Origin: Patescibacteria group bacterium
GTDB taxonomy: Bacteria > Patescibacteriota > Patescibacteriia > 2-12-FULL-57-11
Direction of reading: 5' to 3'
Length of the DNA: 64,000 bases
NCBI GenBank assembly: GCA_004297205.1
Contig: SCUL01000002.1
Span: 462,647-526,646 of the forward strand
This document shows, in pieces, positions 61,527 to 64,000 of the stretch. Every line of letters begins with the position of its first letter. Position 1 is the stretch's first letter. Below the pieces are notes generated by a model. It was not told the DNA's origin, searched no databases, and was given only the letters and a program-made list of their open reading frames with translations. The translations under genes and the position numbers were made by a program.

Positions 61527-62278
61527 ACCGGAAGCGTTTTCCAAAGCGAATCGAACATCAGCCGCTGGGTGTCCGAGGTGTCGGCATCCTCGATCAGCAC
61601 GCCGCGCGGCTCACCGCTCGCACCCACCGAAAAGAGCGCCGTTTTATCGGCGTAGACGATGAGGTACGTAGGCGCTCCTTCTTTCTTGGTCAGCCAGCGG
61701 CGCTCGGCCAGGGCCTGCTCCTCTCCGCCGGAACCGATGGCGATCGCCCGGACCCGGATCTTGCGGCGGATGCGCTCGGCGGTGAAACCGGGAAAGGCCC
61801 GATAGAGATGCGATCGGATGTCCGCGGACGAATAGACGACGTAGGCGCGCTCGGCTTCGGGCAGGGCGCCGACCGTATCGAGGACGTCGGCAAGCAGGGT
61901 GCGGATCCCCGGGTCGCCCTCGTAGTACTTCACGACCGGTTTCTCGCTGGCTTTGGAAAACAGCGATGCCAGCTCCGGCAGAATGGCCCGCACCTCTTCT
62001 TTGGCCGCGGAGAGTGCGGAGGCCTTGGCGTCGATCATGGCCAGCAACTTCTCCGGGTGTTCGGCCACGAAATACTGCTTGGTCTTTTGGTGGTAGTACG
62101 AGACCAACCCCTGCTCCATGAGGGACTTCAGGATATCGTAAGTGGTGCCGCGGTTGACGCCGGAAGCGTCCGCAAGTTTCCGAACGGGTGCTGGCCCATG
62201 CGCCAAAACCGACCGGTACACGGCGATTTCCTTGTCGGAAAAGCCCAGTTTCTTAAGCAATACGGCGGCATCTGCCAT
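61523..62278 (-). CDS. TrmB-family transcriptional regulator (second copy).
   Basis: LGFSDKEIAVYRSVLAHGPAPVRKLADASGVNRGTTYDILKSLMEQGLV. Confidence 0.65.
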   Translation of the reverse strand: MADAAVLLKKLGFSDKEIAVYRSVLAHGPAPVRKLADASGVNRGTTYDILKSLMEQGLVSYYHQKTKQYFVAEHPEKLLAMIDAKASALSAAKEEVRAILPELASLFSKASEKPVVKYYEGDPGIRTLLADVLDTVGALPEAERAYVVYSSADIRSHLYRAFPGFTAERIRRKIRVRAIAIGSGGEEQALAERRWLTKKEGAPTYLIVYADKTALFSVGASGEPRGVLIEDADTSDTQRLMFDSLWKTLPV

Positions 62279-62343
62279 AGGATGGAGGTAGCCTATGCCG
62301 ACCGGGAAATCTTGTCAATTTTTCTTCTACACTTTTTCCACAG

Positions 62344-64000
62344 CTACGGCTTCAGGTAGATGATCCAGCTGCCGTCCTCGTACGCCCGTGTCCAGCCAAG
62401 ACCATCCACGACCTCTCGAGAAAAAGTTCGTTTCCCCTCTTTCCCTGCATTCGGATAGTTGTCCATCCAGAAGAAGAATGGATATTCACCGGACGCGTCG
62501 TTCTTCCAAAAGAGCATGGCGTCGATCGGCGTTTGCGTGAGCGCGTCACTGAACTGTGCGGCGCTTCCGGCTGCGGCAAGTTGCTCGATCACCTGGAAGC
62601 GCTCGCCGTAGCGGGAGGCGTGGTGGCTGAAATGCGGGTTATGGGCCACGAAGTAATGGATGGGCAGATACGCGTTCAAATCTGGCGTGCCGGAGGTCAG
62701 CCACGTTCGCGTTTGCCAATCAGGCACGGCCGCGGCGAGTTTGGGTGCGAGCGCGGCCATCTGTGAGGGAGGAAGACTCTCGATCAGGCGCAGCCGCGTG
62801 ATGTCGTTGTCGAGGAAGCCCGTCATCGGCCAGAGCGGAAGCGAAACGACGAGCATCGCGACAACGGCGCCTTGCCGCACCGGCTCGCCTCGTCCTGCCA
62901 CGTATCTGTCCCAGACCCATTGCCCGAGCGCGACGGCGCCCACGGCGAGCGCGGCATTGGCCAAAAACTTGAAGGGATTCGCGGCCTGAAGCGGGTGGCT
63001 GCCGACGAGGTACAGCAGGATGGATCCGAACTGATACAGATAGGAGAAGCCGAGCAGGCACAGATTCCCGCGCACGAACGGATCGCGGCGCAGGAGGATC
63101 AACCCGGCGAACCCAGCAAGCGCCAGCGGCATGCGCCAGCCCCAGTCCGCGAACGGCAGCCAGGTACTGAAGTCGGCAGCCTGAAAGTAGAACGCCTGCC
63201 AATTCTCCATGCCGCCTTGGTAGGAGAGGAGCAGCGGCACGACGTATGGCGAGGCGACGGCAAACATGATCACGCCGACGCCGCAGAACCGGGCGAGTGC
63301 AGCGCGTCGGTTGGGAGCAGAAAGCGCCAGCGCAAGCATTACCGGGATCGCCATGAACCACCAGAAGTAGTACGTCAGGAACAGGAGACCGCCGGAGATG
63401 CCGAAGAACGCATACGTCAGCGGCCGCCAGCGCTTCATGGCGATTTCCCGGGCGTACAAACCAATCCACAGCGCCACGCCGAGGCCCGGCAGCGTCTTGT
63501 ACGGCTTCAAGAAGACGTCGCTGAAATCGAGCAGGAAGAGGAAGGCGAGCGGGATCAACACCCACCACCAGCTGCGGTCCGGTTGACGGACATCGCGGTC
63601 CGAACGGCGGTCATGGATCCGCAGGACGACGTACGTGCCCAGGAACCAGATGCCGAACGCCGTGGCCACGCCGAACTTGGCGGCGGTCACGGCGTTCTCG
63701 GCAAACAGCCGGCTCACGAGTCCGGCCAGCCAGAAGTAGAGTGGCGGATAAAACTGGGGCAGGCCGTGGTAGTAGAAATCATTCCACGGGCTGCCTTTAA
63801 GCACCTGGCTCAAGTACGCCAGGATGAACATCTCGTCGCCGTTGTTGCCCCACCACATGCGCTGCAACGGCCAGACCAGCACCAAGTAGAAAGCGACCAT
63901 GAGCGCGGACAAGAGCGCCGCGAACAACCACGGCTGCCTGGGCCGGCGTAGAAGGAGGTACGCCGCGGCGGCACCACCTGCAACAAGCAGGACTTTGCCC
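62344..64000 (-). CDS. Large polytopic membrane protein, probable GT-C-type glycosyltransferase; partial, continues beyond the window end.
   Basis: Many TM helices with Trp/Tyr-rich loops. The frame stays open upstream of the track TTG start to position 64000. Confidence 0.5.
   Translation of the reverse strand, partial: GKVLLVAGGAAAAYLLLRRPRQPWLFAALLSALMVAFYLVLVWPLQRMWWGNNGDEMFILAYLSQVLKGSPWNDFYYHGLPQFYPPLYFWLAGLVSRLFAENAVTAAKFGVATAFGIWFLGTYVVLRIHDRRSDRDVRQPDRSWWWVLIPLAFLFLLDFSDVFLKPYKTLPGLGVALWIGLYAREIAMKRWRPLTYAFFGISGGLLFLTYYFWWFMAIPVMLALALSAPNRRAALARFCGVGVIMFAVASPYVVPLLLSYQGGMENWQAFYFQAADFSTWLPFADWGWRMPLALAGFAGLILLRRDPFVRGNLCLLGFSYLYQFGSILLYLVGSHPLQAANPFKFLANAALAVGAVALGQWVWDRYVAGRGEPVRQGAVVAMLVVSLPLWPMTGFLDNDITRLRLIESLPPSQMAALAPKLAAAVPDWQTRTWLTSGTPDLNAYLPIHYFVAHNPHFSHHASRYGERFQVIEQLAAAGSAAQFSDALTQTPIDAMLFWKNDASGEYPFFFWMDNYPNAGKEGKRTFSREVVDGLGWTRAYEDGSWIIYLKP

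Overview
This is a high-GC (~65%) bacterial window. The 16S gene is divergent (mismatches at the universal 515F/806R primer sites), tsaD/tsaE occur without tsaB, and ribosomal protein S1 has only four S1 domains. Together this is consistent with a Candidate Phyla Radiation/Patescibacteria-like genome, but that assignment is inference.

Most of the window is compact housekeeping DNA: pilT-rnc-nusB-rpmF, gyrA, rpsA-ftsH, pilB, tsaE-tsaD, the purine cluster purD/guaB/purA/purH, clpP, nrnA, smc, rpsP-KH-trmD, and a 16S rRNA followed by tRNA-Ile.

Several accessory or unusual loci interrupt this backbone:
1. A low-GC two-gene module next to tRNA-like genes: a MerR-type HTH fused to a GHKL (histidine-kinase-like) ATPase, plus a STAS-like DUF4325 partner. 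It sits beside a Trp-type tRNA carrying a UCA anticodon and a non-canonical tRNA-like cloverleaf.
2. A ~1.85 kb low-GC islet carrying an Xis-like HTH gene and a Fic gene, inserted at the 3' end of tRNA-Ile and bounded by a 25-bp direct repeat of the tRNA 3' end. No 23S rRNA follows, so the rRNA operon is unlinked.
3. An rsr (Ro60 TROVE+vWA) and EndoQ-like gene pair next to a ~1.1 kb noncoding region. That region has promoter-like and terminator features, T-loop-like motifs, and two near-duplicate SD-preceded pentapeptide mini-ORFs (MFSGG and MSSGG). It is a candidate Y-RNA-like ncRNA locus.
4. A low-GC pair: a polytopic membrane protein and a degenerate formyltransferase-fold protein.
5. An ECF sigma / FecR-type anti-sigma pair whose anti-sigma carries three Cys-containing FN3-like repeats.
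6. A UDP-sugar metabolism style cluster: two GlmU-N-like nucleotidyltransferases, a HAD phosphatase, a YvcK/CofD-like protein and two TrmB-like regulators.

The six-frame track shows that GTG/TTG starts are rendered as M. Many long Arg/Gly-rich ORFs in the track are antisense or wrong-frame artifacts of the high GC content and were rejected.
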